From assembly GCF_037042905.1 (NCBI RefSeq), contig NC_087251.1, forward strand, positions 21,454,001 through 21,514,000: a stretch of DNA of 60,000 nt, given 5' to 3'. Shown one piece after another: positions 1-14,244 of this stretch. Origin of the DNA: Lytechinus pictus. Taxonomy: Eukaryota. A program made the translations under genes and the position numbers. How positions within the stretch are numbered: position 1 is the first letter of the stretch; each line of letters begins with the position of its first letter. The notes beneath the pieces are model-generated. The model saw only the letters and a program-made list of their open reading frames with translations, had not been told where the DNA came from and did no database searches.

Positions 1-295
1 GATTATGTTGGTGGTTTCGGCTGCCATCGGGATTTATTCGGCATGTTCCGGAGGACGGCAGCGAACAGCCGACGAGTACTTACTCGGTAATCGTGAGATG
101 AGCATCATACCTGTTGCTCTTTCAATGATGGTTAGCTATATATCGGCCATCTCTGTCCTGGGTTTACCTTCCGAGATTTACATGTTCAATACCATGTTCA
201 TCTGGAACACTGTTGGTTATGCAATAGGAGCATTGGTTGCCACCCAGATGTTTGTACCAATGTTCTTTGAATTGAAACTAACCAGTATCTATGAG
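1..295 (+). CDS. Gene 1 coding exon 1 (5' partial)
   Basis: [15 protein letters not shown]...LTSIYE, donor GTATGG at 296; homologous to gene 2 exon 1. Confidence 0.95.
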
Positions 296-2826
296 GTATG
301 GATAAAGAATTATTTTAGTCCTTCGTAAATCAAAAAAATATATAAATATACAAAACTAAATCATCTTTAACTCCAACATGTCCAATGTCTTTAAAGTTTT
401 TAGACATTACTTTAAACAAGAATGACGATCTTGAGCGACTAACAAACCAATGAATCATTGTATTTACAGAGAAATACCTATTTAGAATTATTCAAATTAA
501 TAGTTTTAACAAATATAATTGCTAATCATCGAATAATTAAAACTATATAACTAAGTGAAGATTCGTTTAAAGCAAAACAAAACTTGAATTTCAAGGAAGA
601 ATGAGAGTGCTATGATCAATATAATTAGAAGAAGAATTTTTAATCCATGAGAGATTTTACTTTTTTTCTTAATGGCAGTACTTGGAGCTTCGTTTCAACA
701 AATGCATCAGTGTGATAAACATTTGTATTTTCTTCTTTCAAATGGTATGTATTATTTATTCTTTCAATCCATGTTTCTTTCTGATACCACTGCCTCCTTA
801 AAGTTTGTCGTAAATCTATGTAAAACATTGTAAATGATTGGGTATATCATCTAAAATCCCAATCATATAAAAGAGTATATTTACCATTTTCATTCATTGA
901 TCATTTTTCGTGAAATTATACATTTCCATAAACATGATAAAGGATATTTTAGCGCTTTCACGATTATGTCATTTTTTCTTTAAAATGTGCTCTTTGATCT
1001 GAATATTTGTCTAACATATTTACTGAGTCAGAAAGCTATAAAAAATATATCCTCTGCAAACTACATGCATTCTTTACTTGAAATATGACCCGTGACCAAA
1101 ATTTATTTTAATGTATAATTGTAATAAACTATTTTATTCCATATATTCTACACAGTGGCGTACCTAGGATTTTTCACAGGGGGGGCAAAACCGTCCGCCA
1201 AAAAATTTGACAAGCCAAAAAAAAAAAAAAAAAAAAAAAAAAGGTCTTCAATCACAAGTGAAGGATTTCGTACCAGAAAAAAATTTGACAAGGCCAAAAA
1301 AAAAAAAAAAAAAAAAAAAGGTCTTCAATCACAAGTGAAGGATTTCGTACACCAGAAAAAAATTTGACAAGCAAAAAAAAAAAAAAAAAAAAAAGGTCTT
1401 CAAGCTCGTTAGGGGGGCCAATAAAGGTCTTCAAGTTCGTCAGGGGGGGCAAAAAAGGTCTTTCAAGCTCGTCAGGGGGGGCAGGGATACGTCCTTTGCA
1501 TGGGTTGTGGCTCGTCAGGGGGGGGGGGGGCAGACTGCCCCCTCTGCCCCCCCCGTAGGTACGCTAGTGATTCTACACCATTCATGGGCATGTATACTTT
1601 CAGATTAGGTAGTAATAAAATGCTTGGGGGGTATAAAGTACCTATGTCATGTCATTTTTATATAGATGTACTATGTAAAAGATAAACTTATTATCAACAA
1701 GATCTGTGGTTTTACAAATTTTTCTTTCTTTCCTCGTTTTACAAATTATAAAGTATATTTATTTTCATTTTGTTGTTAGATGTGACCTATTCTGATGGTA
1801 ATATTAATTTCGTTTCTATTGTTTGAAGGGATGGTCCGGGCAGAAAATATTTATATCTAATTAAATAGAGTAAATTTCACAAAGCGAAATGTTGACAATT
1901 TTATCAAAATTGGATGACAAATAGCGAAGTTATTGAATTTTAGCGTTTATCAATATTTTGTAAAAACAGTATGCACATCATCATGAATATTCATTGGGTG
2001 GGCTGATGATGATGACTTCTTTTTTATCTTATGTTATTACATGAAACATAATTCATTTTTACATACATGTATAAATTATGTGTCTCCATTATGATGAAAT
2101 AAGTTGCGGCAATAAATAACTAATGCATTTAATCAGTTGTCAATCCAACTGTTTTAGTTCTTGGTTGAAAAAAAATGAATAAAACTAATTTCATATACAT
2201 GTAATGAAATAGAAAAGAACAAGTGGGGATATGACATCATCAGCCAACCTAATGAATATTCATAAAAACATGCGTAGAACTGTTTCACCGGAATAATGCA
2301 AATCTTTAAAATTCAATAACATTGTTATTTGTTATCCGATTTTGATCAAATTTTCAGCATTTTGCTTTGTGAATTTTACTCTATTTATTGAGATGAAAAT
2401 ATCTCCAGCCTTGACCATCCTTTTTTTAACAAAAACGGAGTCTTTTTTCTATTTATACATTTACACACAATGAATAATAAACAAAACATTCGTATTTTTT
2501 TCTGAAATTATACATCACAATTCTGCTCAAGCAAAATTGTAGGATCAATTAGTAAGTTTTGTGATACCCGGCCTTCAGGTAAAGTGCACAACAACTTCTC
2601 GTTATGATTTTAGTTAATGTTCTCTTTCAGTTTTTCTACATGGGAATCGTAATCTACACACCAGCTCTTGCATTAAACGCAGGTAAGGCAATCAACACAA
2701 AATATTATAATAAGTAGCAGTAGGAAGAGGAGGAGTGATAGTGGGAGAGGTAAAAGTAGAACTGGTAGTAGTAGAAGTGGTAGAAGTAGTAGTAGTAGTA
2801 GAAGTAGTAGTAGTAGTAGTAGTAGC

Positions 2827-2860
<34 letters not shown>

Positions 2861-2941
2861 CTAGTAGTAGTAGTAGTAGTAGTAGAAGTAGTAATAGTAG
2901 TAGTAGTAGAAGTACCAGCAGTAGCAATAGTGGTAGTAGTA

Positions 2942-2992
<51 letters not shown>

Positions 2993-2993
2993 A

Positions 2994-3085
<92 letters not shown>

Positions 3086-3166
3086 ATAGTAGTAGTAGTA
3101 GTAGTAGTAATAGTAGTAGTAGTAGTAGCAGTAGTAGTAGCAATAGTGGCTGTAGTAGTAGTAGTA

Positions 3167-3204
<38 letters not shown>

Positions 3205-4119
3205 TAATTAGTTAGAAGTATAGTAGTAGTTGTAGACGCAGTAGTATAGTTTATTCTAATGGTGATATTAATTTCGTTTCTATTTACACACAAGGAATGG
3301 TAGGCCAAACATTTGTAACTTTTTTCTGAAAATATACATCAAAATATTATTAATTACATTATTAATTATGTTTATTAATATCAATGATAATAATAATAAT
3401 AACAGCAATGGCAATGATATCAATGCCTTTACTGGTACCCAGTGTACTTCACCTGGGTGGCGACCGTACGAATGTAGATTAAAATCTCTCAAAAATACGT
3501 CTATCGAGGTATATTATACTTTCTTGTTTCTTGTAAGTTTATTTTGAATCAGACTGGGTATGAAAATGCAGAAGGCTTTCTACGTAACTGACCGCATGTG
3601 AGGTTAGGTTTACCTGTCATTTTAAGAGTTTTTCGAGCGAAATGTAAACAGAATAATCAAACTTTACAACAGAATACAAATCTCAGTTGATCATTAAGTA
3701 ATCAGCATACATACATGACATACGTGCAATCATGGACATATTATAGTTTCATGGTGCAGGTGAATGTGTTTTAAACGTACGGTTCAGATGTAGGCCAAAT
3801 TAAAACGTTTTGCAGCTAATTGCTCTATGTGGTTCAATAACTTAGTTCATGTACTTACTGAGTGTTTAAATTTTAGATCTAAGCTAAGAACGATGGGGGA
3901 GATGGGGTGATGGGGAGCAGAAAATTAGGGAGAGACAGGGATTGGAGGATATACTTAGAAATTTGAATATAGAAATGGGTCATTAATATGTCTTTTTAAA
4001 TATTTTAACCCCAATACGTAGCAACCGGAATGAGTCTATCTGTAAGCATCATCTCAACGGGATTCGTGTGCATCTTTTATACTACAATAGTAAGTGAACA
4101 TGACTACCCCCCATCTCTA

Positions 4120-4173
<54 letters not shown>

Positions 4174-7100
4174 CTTTCCTTTATGTATATATCGTGCATA
4201 GATAGATATAGATAGATAGATAAATGCATTTACAAATACAAAATCTTTTATTGCAGATTCGCTTAATCTACTACAAACCTTATTAAAAAAAACACGTATA
4301 TCAAAAGATAATGTTCATTGTTTTATATCCAGGGAGGAATGAAAGCAGTTCTATGGACCGATACGTTCCAGACCTTTGTGATGGTTGCAGGGGTTATGGC
4401 GATCATCATCGCGGGGACAGCCAAAGTTGGTGGATTCGATGAAGTTTGGAAAAGAGCTGAAGATGGGGGTAGAATAGTTTTCTTTGAGTGAGTATAAGTT
4501 TCTGCATCGTTGTTAAATGGGATATTCTTTTTTCTCGTATTATTATCTAACGTTATGGTGATGAAGATATGGGGTGTATTTGATCACCTTCATCACTCAT
4601 CTTAATCTTAAAAGGCATCTGGCGGAGGAAGGAATGTAGAGGGGTAAGTTAATAGAGAGGAGAGGGCCTGACTTTCATGTTAATGTTATTATCATTTTTT
4701 TACGTTGTATGATAAATTTATGATCGTGTTGAATTTCTGAATTGTTATTTTGAAAGTTCTGAATGAGAGCCACATTCATATCCTTTACATTGTTAAGAAA
4801 TTTCTATTTTGATTGCACTTGCTGTCCATTATACCTTGTATGCCTGATTTTTAAGACTAATTTTGTCTTCTTTTGGCTCCCCCATAATGATGTACATTTC
4901 TTTATGTTTGAATCCCTTGCTTGGTCTAATTTTAATTTTCAGTTGTGATTGTATCGTATATTGTACGTATTCGTAATGTTTTCATATTATTATGGAAATA
5001 AGTGATTTTACTTTGGCTTTGACTTGATAATGATCTAGCAATACCATTGCACCTGCCTCTCAATTGTTTATGTGTACCATCAATTAATGGAGGTCCCATT
5101 TTACCTCCGTGGAACCAAGATGGTGCCAGCAGTTTCTTCAAGATGCAAGATGATTTAATTGATCTCTTAAAGCATGGCTACAAAAAATCTTATTTCTCCA
5201 CACTGGTTCTTATAAGATTCAGACATATTCAGAAAAAACAATGGTTAGGGTTAAAAATAATAAGAGAAACATCTAAAACATAATCAGGGAAAACATCTAA
5301 CAAAATTTATAAGATTGATCATTTACCAGTGTTGCAGAACTATTAATCATTTTTTTTATTTATGTACTTACTTTATTAACAGTCTTAACGTCGATTTTTT
5401 TTATTTGCGATCTTTATAAAACCAGGTTTGACATCTGTCAGTATTGAGATCTGACTTGATTGGAAAATCAATTTTAAAAAATATGATTTAAAAAGAAAAT
5501 TAAAAAAAGGCATCGAAGTATAAGGGCAATAGCGCCCTCAACAGAATACCAAGTTGTTATCCTCATGTTGATCTTTATACAGAAAGGAGCATTTACAAGA
5601 ATAAGAACTATATAAATATATATATGTGTGTGTGTGTGTGTGTGAGGGTAAGGGTGTGTGTTTGTGATAAAAGAGGCAAAGAGGTAATGCGTTGCAGTTT
5701 TCAACCAAGTTTATTTCCAAGTAACCAAACGCACGATATGAACATAAATGCGTATGCGAGGTGCAGATGCTGATGTTAATTGTGACATTATGCTTTTGTT
5801 TGTTTATATCTATTATTTATTCAGTTACACATTTTAAATTTTCAGCATGAGGCCAGATTTGACGATAAGAAACTCGTTTTGGTCAGTCAACATCGGAGCC
5901 ACAATGATCACCTTTGCGACTTACGGTATGAACCAGGCCATTGTACAGAGATGCCTCAGTCTTGGATCCATCAGAAAGGCAAAATGGTAAAAGATTGATA
6001 AAAATAAAATCATGAATCGAAGATGATCGTTGCTTATGCGCTTGCTGAAACGTGACAGAGAGATGCAAAGTTTATCCATATTGCTTTTACTCATAAACTT
6101 TCCAGATTATGCCTTAATTTGAAAGAATTTTTTTTTTAATACCGTTTTGAAATCAATATTATTTAGCCCTCCCCCAAAACAATAATTTTTCTTAATCTTA
6201 TTTTTATATATAACAATAATAGTGTCTTTGTTTATGTCTGATGGAATAGCGTTATTACCATTGATTATTTCTGAACTAACAGACTAAAGGTACGTTGGAT
6301 CTCAAGGAAGAATAGAGCAACGATATCAATGGCTCTTAAGAAAGTAATCTATCCATATCTTTTTTAGTTATCATGAAAATATTCGCAGAAATTTCTTCAT
6401 AATTAAATAATAATAATATTAATGGTGGCTACTTATATAGCGCACAGGTCAACATTTTGGTGCTCATGGCGCTTCAAGGAAAATAAACACAACACACAAC
6501 AACAATAGAAAACGAAAAAGAATAGAATTTGAATTCTCCTGAATAAACACACTATTAAACTGTTAATGGGAGATCAAATAAGTTTTCAACTGGGACTTGG
6601 ATGTTTCTGTTGACGACATTTGGCGTAGTTGGATAGGCAATTGATTCCATAGCTTTGGTCATATAACAGAGAATGCATGGTCCCCCCATTAATTATTTGT
6701 ACAATGTATTATTGTTTTAATTTTTACGCGGTAAATAAAACCAAGTCAATCCTGGATAAATGCTAGATATTGAAAGGCTGCCATGTATAAAGAAAACAGA
6801 ATAATTGAAATAAATGAATGAAAAAATTAATCACCAACTTTACGTAAATTTTCTTGTGTTATTTTCCAAAATATCTTATTGCATGTTTAGTTAACTCAGA
6901 AGGAACTTTTACATTGCCCTATAGTTTTCAGACCAAGTTTTATGGAGAACGATCCTTTCCACATGCTGTCCCTTCACTTTGGAATTCCAGCCAATCATTA
7001 TGTAAAGAACTCTTCTACACCCAATAATTTAAATCCACCTTGAAAACATACTTAATTAAAAAGAGTTAGTGCCGCGGCTATTGCCAGCAATTTTCACTCT

Positions 7101-8955
7101 TTTCCTTGCTTCTGTCTTCTTCAAAGAGCGCATAGTGACGCATTTGGCAGTGATAAACATGCACAAGTATTGACGCCCAATGGCGGCAATGCCTTGTTCT
7201 TGTTCTCTATTCCTATTCTGTAATCTTCTTTTTCTCCCGCCAGAATTCCATTCATTTATGGCCCGTATTTTGAACGCGGGTTTAAATTAAACCCTGGTTT
7301 AAAATTGTAGTTTAACTATGGAGTGTCAATTGGGCCACAAATATCTTTTAGTACATGTTAAGATGTATTAACTATTATGACACATAGTCTCAGAATGAAA
7401 TTACAAAAGCAAAGGAAGCAAAATAGTAGATATAAGAAATATACAATACAAGCAGAAATTTTGAGTTTTTGGCTCCCCATAATTTTAGCATAGAGTTAGA
7501 CCATGGGCTATGTTTGTGGATCCTGCCCTGGCCCCATTCCTCGTCCAATTTCTTCTAAATTTGGTAAGCATGTTGTCCAGCACCCCTAGTTGTGCACCTG
7601 ACATTCAGTTTTCCAAAATCACTCACGCATGACCATCCATGCGCCTTTTTTTTTAATTTCAAGTCCAATTTGCAGACCATTGCTAATCCTATCGTATCTC
7701 CCTTATCCTGCATGCTACAGACTTCTGACAAAGTGCTGTAGATTCCTCTTTCATCTCCGACGCATGACTTGCCCTTCAAAATGCCATCTTCATGCCCTAA
7801 ATTATTCAAATCCGGAATAGTGTACGTTCAAAACTTCATATTTTTGGAAATGCAAAGTCGGAAAATCGTAAAATTGCCATAAATTCCTCGTTTTCATTAA
7901 TTTCAGTCGCATATTTTCAGGGTTTGCTTATGGTATCATCCCTCATAATTCAACTGTTTTTACGCATTAGTGACCATTACTTTTAGAAATAGCGCCCTCT
8001 ACTAATGCAAGTCGGAAAATCGTAAAATGGCCATAACTTTCTTGTTTTCATTCATTTCGGGATTAGCTTATGGTATCATCCTCCTTTACGCATCAGTAAC
8101 AATTACTTTTAGAAATAGCGCCTTCTAAAATTTTGAAAATGTTTATTTTTGTTTGGCCCTCATTGCGTCATACAAGGTCAAACCCGTATATCCTTTCTTG
8201 GATTTAGATTCTTCAAGATTATGCCCTTTCAAGACATTAACAAAAATATATACCTTACAACTGATGAAATATCTCAAAAATGCTCCTAAACACCTCAAAA
8301 TACCAGAAATTGCACAATAATGTCAGAGCATCTTCAACTCGCCGGTACTTCTATATTATTGATGCGAAAACTTTCCAACTTGGCAGATATCAGGATTGTA
8401 TACCACAACCGATCATCAACACTTTTTGACAGGAACTGACAAAGAGCTGACGTTAGCTTAAAATTATCGCGATAACCCTTCATTTTTATTTTTTATTTTA
8501 TGTTTCATTTACTTCCGGTCTATTGCTTGTGCACAAATAAAGGTGATAGCAATGTCACCGCATTGTAATTTCTTGTCCATTGATACCAAATACGACATAG
8601 GTTATAGCAGAAAATTTGGAGATAATCCGATTTGATCAAGTGGCATACTATACAATGCACACTTAATCAGCAACAGATTTGTATCACTTTCAAGCTGAAA
8701 CCTTATTCACCCACGGATTGTCATTGAAATAAGTATTATAAAATCATCATCTAGAGTTTTTTTTTCTCTCTCTCTCTGTCTCCTTGTGTTTCCTGCCCTC
8801 TATCTAATCACAGACCTGAATGCATGCACATCGTTCTGATACGATTGCTGTTCTAGTTATTATTTTTATTTTTTCTGGCTCGCGCTTCACATTCATGTCA
8901 AGTAGAGTCGAAAGGTTTCATAAGCCATCTCCCCCCCCCCCCTCCCTCTCTCCCC

Positions 8956-8996
<41 letters not shown>

Positions 8997-11900
8997 ATTA
9001 ATTCCATTTCTTTACATCCTAAGGGCTATATCACTGGCTGTGCTGTCACAATGGACGGTTCTCATCCTCATGTCTTTGTCTGGTGTGGTTATGTACGCCT
9101 ATTACTTTAACTGTGACCCTCACACCCAGGGCAAGGTCTTCAGCCCGGATCAGGTAAGAATGCTTACATAACTTGCATCTTACACCATGATATAACCACA
9201 AACTCCATGATGATGTTACTTAAATGGATAGTCCGGGCTGAAAATATTTATATCTAAATAAATAGAGTAAAATTCACAAAGCAAAATCCTGAAAATTTCA
9301 TCAAAATCGGATAACAAATAACGAAGTTATTGAATTTTAAAGTCTATCAAACGGTGAGAACAGTTATATGCACATCGTCATGAATATTCATTAGGTGGGC
9401 TGATGATGTCACATCCCCACTTTCCCTTTTCTTGTGTTATTACATGAAATCATAAATGTTTCATTTTTTCATACATGTGTAAATGATGTGTCTCCATTAT
9501 CAATAAATAACTAATGCACTTAATCAGTTGTCAAACCAATTGTTTTAGTTCTTGGTAGAAAATGTTTGAATAAACCTAATTTCCTATAATAGAATACAAA
9601 AGAACAAGTGGGAATATGACATCATCAGCCCACCTAATTAATATTCATAAAGACATGCCTAGAACTGTTTCACCGGAATAATGCAAATCTTAAAAAATCA
9701 ATAACTGTGTTATTTTTTATCAAATTTTGATCAAATTTTTTTTTTCAGCAATTTGCTTTGTGAATTTTACTCTATTTATTGAGATATAAATCTATCCAAC
9801 CTGGATTATCCCTTTAATTTTCTGGGCCCCATCTCACAAAGAGTTTTGATTGATCAGATCAATCTCAAGTATAATGGAAATCCATCAATACGTCATAATT
9901 TTTTTCTTTAGGAAATCTGCTCAATGTCATTGAAAAACCAAGAGAAGCATACTAAATTGTCAAGAAAATAGTGAATATGAGAATTTACGTCATTTCTAGA
10001 AAATATTTTGGAACAAACATGCATTTTAGATTTTGATGTTGCTGGCTTTCCATAGTTGAGATTGATCGGATCAATCACAACTCTTTGTTTAGATGATTTA
10101 CAAATATTTTCACGTGTACCTTAACTCCTGTATTGACCATGTTTACAGTCCTTTGTTAGTGTCTGTAGTTTGACAATGTGTTTTATCTTTAAACTTCAGA
10201 TCATGCCATACATGGTGATGGAGGTATTCGCTAAGATGCCAGGAATCCCTGGAATATTCTTGTCTTCAGTTCTTAGTGCCTCCCTTAGGTAACAGTCATA
10301 CAGCAGATCACAATTAATTTGCTGCATGTAAATACGTATTGCATTACATTGAAATGTAACATTTTTAAAATCGCAACGCGTGTCACACCATATAATATGC
10401 ATGTAATTTGTTAAATCTTTTGCATAATTGGTTACTTTAGTCTTTCTTACAATCGTTTCGTTTGTCGCACGTTTTTTGTTACTCTTACATAATCTTGTAT
10501 TTGTTACATTTTAATAAAAGTTCGTTAGTTTTGTCAGAATTTTAAATAATATATATTCGACCCCAGTCTCCCCTCCCATATCCCTCGATTCTTTCTCTCT
10601 CACCCCCTCCCCCTCCCCTATCTCTCTCTCCCCCTTTCTCCCTCTCTTCTTATCCTCTCATTGCATCGCCTTCAAGTCATCAGCAGACTTTGGCCTTCCA
10701 AATTCGTGGGCCACCCCCTCTCTAATTATATAACCCCAGAACCTAGAACAAACTTATTCAATTGTTTCCCCTGTAACCAATAATCATCTATTGTTTGGTT
10801 TCAACCTGTTTATTATAGTACTTTGTCATCCGGATTGAATGCTTTGGCAGCGGTAGCTGGAGAGGATATATTCAAGGCAATATGGCCAAATCTAAATGGA
10901 AGAACCTACACCATTATTACCAAATTATTATGTAAGTTGTGTAATGAGCAGACGAAATCGAATTCAGTTCGATCGAAGCTTTAGGTGGCTTGGCCGCAGC
11001 ATCAGTGAGGTTTTCGGTTGTTTGAGTTTTTAATGCATGAAAAATATCATACATGATGTAGTATTTACATTATGATGAAAATATTTGTTTTTACTTGATG
11101 ACACACAATTATATTCCTTTACCTAATCATCTTTATTTCGACGAAACTTTCGCGAGTTCAGGCAAATCTCAAGACGATTTATTTTCGATGATTGAATCCG
11201 ATTTTCAGATCAAATGAAATATAATGTTGTTTTGTGGGTAAAATTTACAATGACAATGCCAGTGCTTTTTTAGTGTTTGTTACTTAATCGATTCCATTAT
11301 ACTATTGTCTTCACAGCTTTTTTCTTCGGCTTAGTCGCGATTGGAGTGGCCTTTCTTGCCATGGTGATGGGGGATCAAGTGCTCATGGTTGGTATTTTTT
11401 TCCATTTTCTACTTTCAGTAAATATCTGGGGGAAAGAAGATTGGTCCGTATTCTGAAGTCAGGTTTAACCATAGAGATACGTTAATAGGCCACGGTCTAA
11501 CTCTGTGCTAAAATTCTGTGCCCAAAATTCAAAAATTATGTTTGTATTGTATATTTGTTATGTTTACTATTTTGTTTCCTTTTGCTTTCATAATGAAGAA
11601 ACAATACTTTAGTTATCATTCCCAGACAATTATGAACGATTTGGGTGTCATATGAGTTAATAAATTGAATGTTTACCGGCTGTTAGGGATTTGTGCCCCA
11701 ATTGGCTCTCCATAGTTGAACCACAACTTTTAAACCAGGGTTCAATTTAAAAATCCGAGTTCAGAATACGGGCCATTGTATTTTAAGACAGTTGCATGTT
11801 CATACAACCGTAACTCGGGGTTTTCAATTCGGTCACAAAGTTGAAATGGTCACAAAGGTGAAATGACCAACAAGACAATTGCCGTACCTTCCAATACCCC

Positions 11901-14203
11901 CTACCCACTACCAATCACAATCACTTCAATCAATAGACAGCTTTTGTGTTCCAGTGGCACTGTCTTAACCCTATTATTTTCCTATACAAGTGACATTATG
12001 ATTCTATGTAGATGTATAAAAAAAGACCCGGTCAAGACGTCGTTGTTATTATCGAGATTTCGACACACACAAATTAACCATTCATCTTTAAGGCTTTATC
12101 ACCTCGTTAAAATCCATAAATCCATAAAGCGACCACATCCTCAATACATGACTGACATTTGAATCTCGTGTATGCCTGTAGCCTGCCTCTTAAAGTGTCA
12201 AACGATGACATGAATATTTGCAAATTTAACACCGCTAGTATGCCCCCAACTCACACTACCAGTAATTAATACAGAAGAAAAATGATAATTGAAGGGGCGG
12301 ATTAATCGCTCCTGACAATGTCCTACAGATAGTGGCTTGGTGCACTTGCCCCCCCCCCCATTTTTCACCACCAAGAAAAAAAAGAAAGGGAAAGTAAAGG
12401 AAAGAGAGGAGGTCGAAATATTATTATTTTACTGAATATGTCAAAATCTATCACAAAATTTGATTTTTTTGTTTGTAATACGAATGTCGAAATTTTGCTC
12501 GCTCGCAACTTTTTATAAATTTTGCTCAATACGCCATATCTGCCCCTAAAACCTTTTTGGCTCATTTTTCCACTGACTCCTTACATGGAACTAAGAGGAA
12601 CACCCTCAGATGCTTATTTGATTGATATATTATTGAAATTCAGATGGGCTTGTCTATCTATGGTCTTACATACGGGGCTGTCGTCGCAACATTCACCCTT
12701 GGATTTTGCTGCCCAAGAATTAATTACAAAGTAAGTTAGTATTTCCTTCATTAAGAAAAATAAATGTGTTAATTTGTCTCACCGGATCGATTTTTTGTAT
12801 ACTAGAACACATGCATGGAACAGGGTATAATAAAACTTGATACTTTCTCCACCCCCCCTCCCCGCCCGCGAAATTATTTTTTCCACCACAGTTCCGGACG
12901 CCAATATGAATATTCATGACTTGCGTCTTCGGAATAATAATTGGCATTTATATAGCGCTTAATGAATCTACGACTGTTCAAAGCGCTTCACAATTATTAT
13001 TACCCGGTCACTGGATTCATAGCATTTCAAGCAGCCTGTTAGGCGCAAACTTGCTAAACCAACCACAATAACGGTTGTTTCCTACCGGTACCCAATTAGC
13101 ACCTGGGTGAGAGTGGCAAAGTGTGGATTGACGCCTTGTCAAAGGGCGCTAGGCCATGTTGGGATTCGAACACACGACCCTGTGATTACAAGGCGAGAGT
13201 CAGAACCGCTACACCACGGCGCTTCACCGCATGCGCGTGGATTGGATCTCGATGAGGCCTATATTTAATGTAAGGGAACCGGTACTTTGAGTGTGCTGAT
13301 TCATGATCGTGGCATCGTTTACGAGGCCACAATGAAAATTTTAACTCCACGCGCATGCGTTCTGTTCCCACAGATCCAAAACAAATTTCCCGAAAATGAA
13401 TCCCAAATTTCCCGAAATTCATAGACATTTCCTGGGATTTTCAATTTTGATTTTTAATCAAAATCGGACAATGATACAGTGAGCTTTAATTTGGTCCAAG
13501 TGACCCAAATCAAGGAATTTAAATAACATTATTTTGTTCACACCCTCTTTCAAAATAGGAACAAAATTATGAAATGAAAGCGCGGAGCGCGAGCGGAAAA
13601 TTATGAGCTATGTCTGGAGGTAAATACTTCTTTAAATGTAATATGAATGTTGCCACGATTAATTGTTGTTTATAATTGTCATTTTTTTATTTCCCTGAAT
13701 TTCGTAGATTTTTTTCATTTCACTAACCTTTCCTGGTAAAAGCCATAATTTCCCGAATTTCGGGAAGAATTGAAACATTGACTCTTGACACAAAGATGCA
13801 AGTCATGAACATTGGTGTCCGGAACTTCGGTGGGAAAAATAATTTCGCCCCCGCCCCCTTGTCTTAAATGTGTCTCTCTTTCACAGAAATATTCCCTAAT
13901 CAACATTCGCTATTAGTGCTATGAATATGAATGATTTATGTTTGAATTCCCCACAATATTTAAACTTTTCATTTGTTTTATGAAGGATTTAAGATTGATA
14001 ATATGAACTTTATTTTCAGATCTCGACCCAATTAACAATATCTTCTACAAAAATAGATATTACTTTATTTGTCTCTTCCCCCTTTTCAGACTTAAACACA
14101 TCATATTATGAAGCCTGGTTAGATCCATTTTAATTTAATGTAATCTTTCTCATGATAATAATGATAATAATAATAATTATCATCAATATAATTATTAGTA
14201 GTA

Positions 14204-14244
<41 letters not shown>

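Noticed and set aside
2673..3308. 211-aa poly-Leu and 144-aa poly-Val ORFs
   Set aside because: Translations of a (GTA)n microsatellite in intron 3.
13150..13225. Possible tRNA gene (also 21647-21710)
   Set aside because: A/B boxes are present, but they run into a SINE body and tail with no proper cloverleaf end or terminator.
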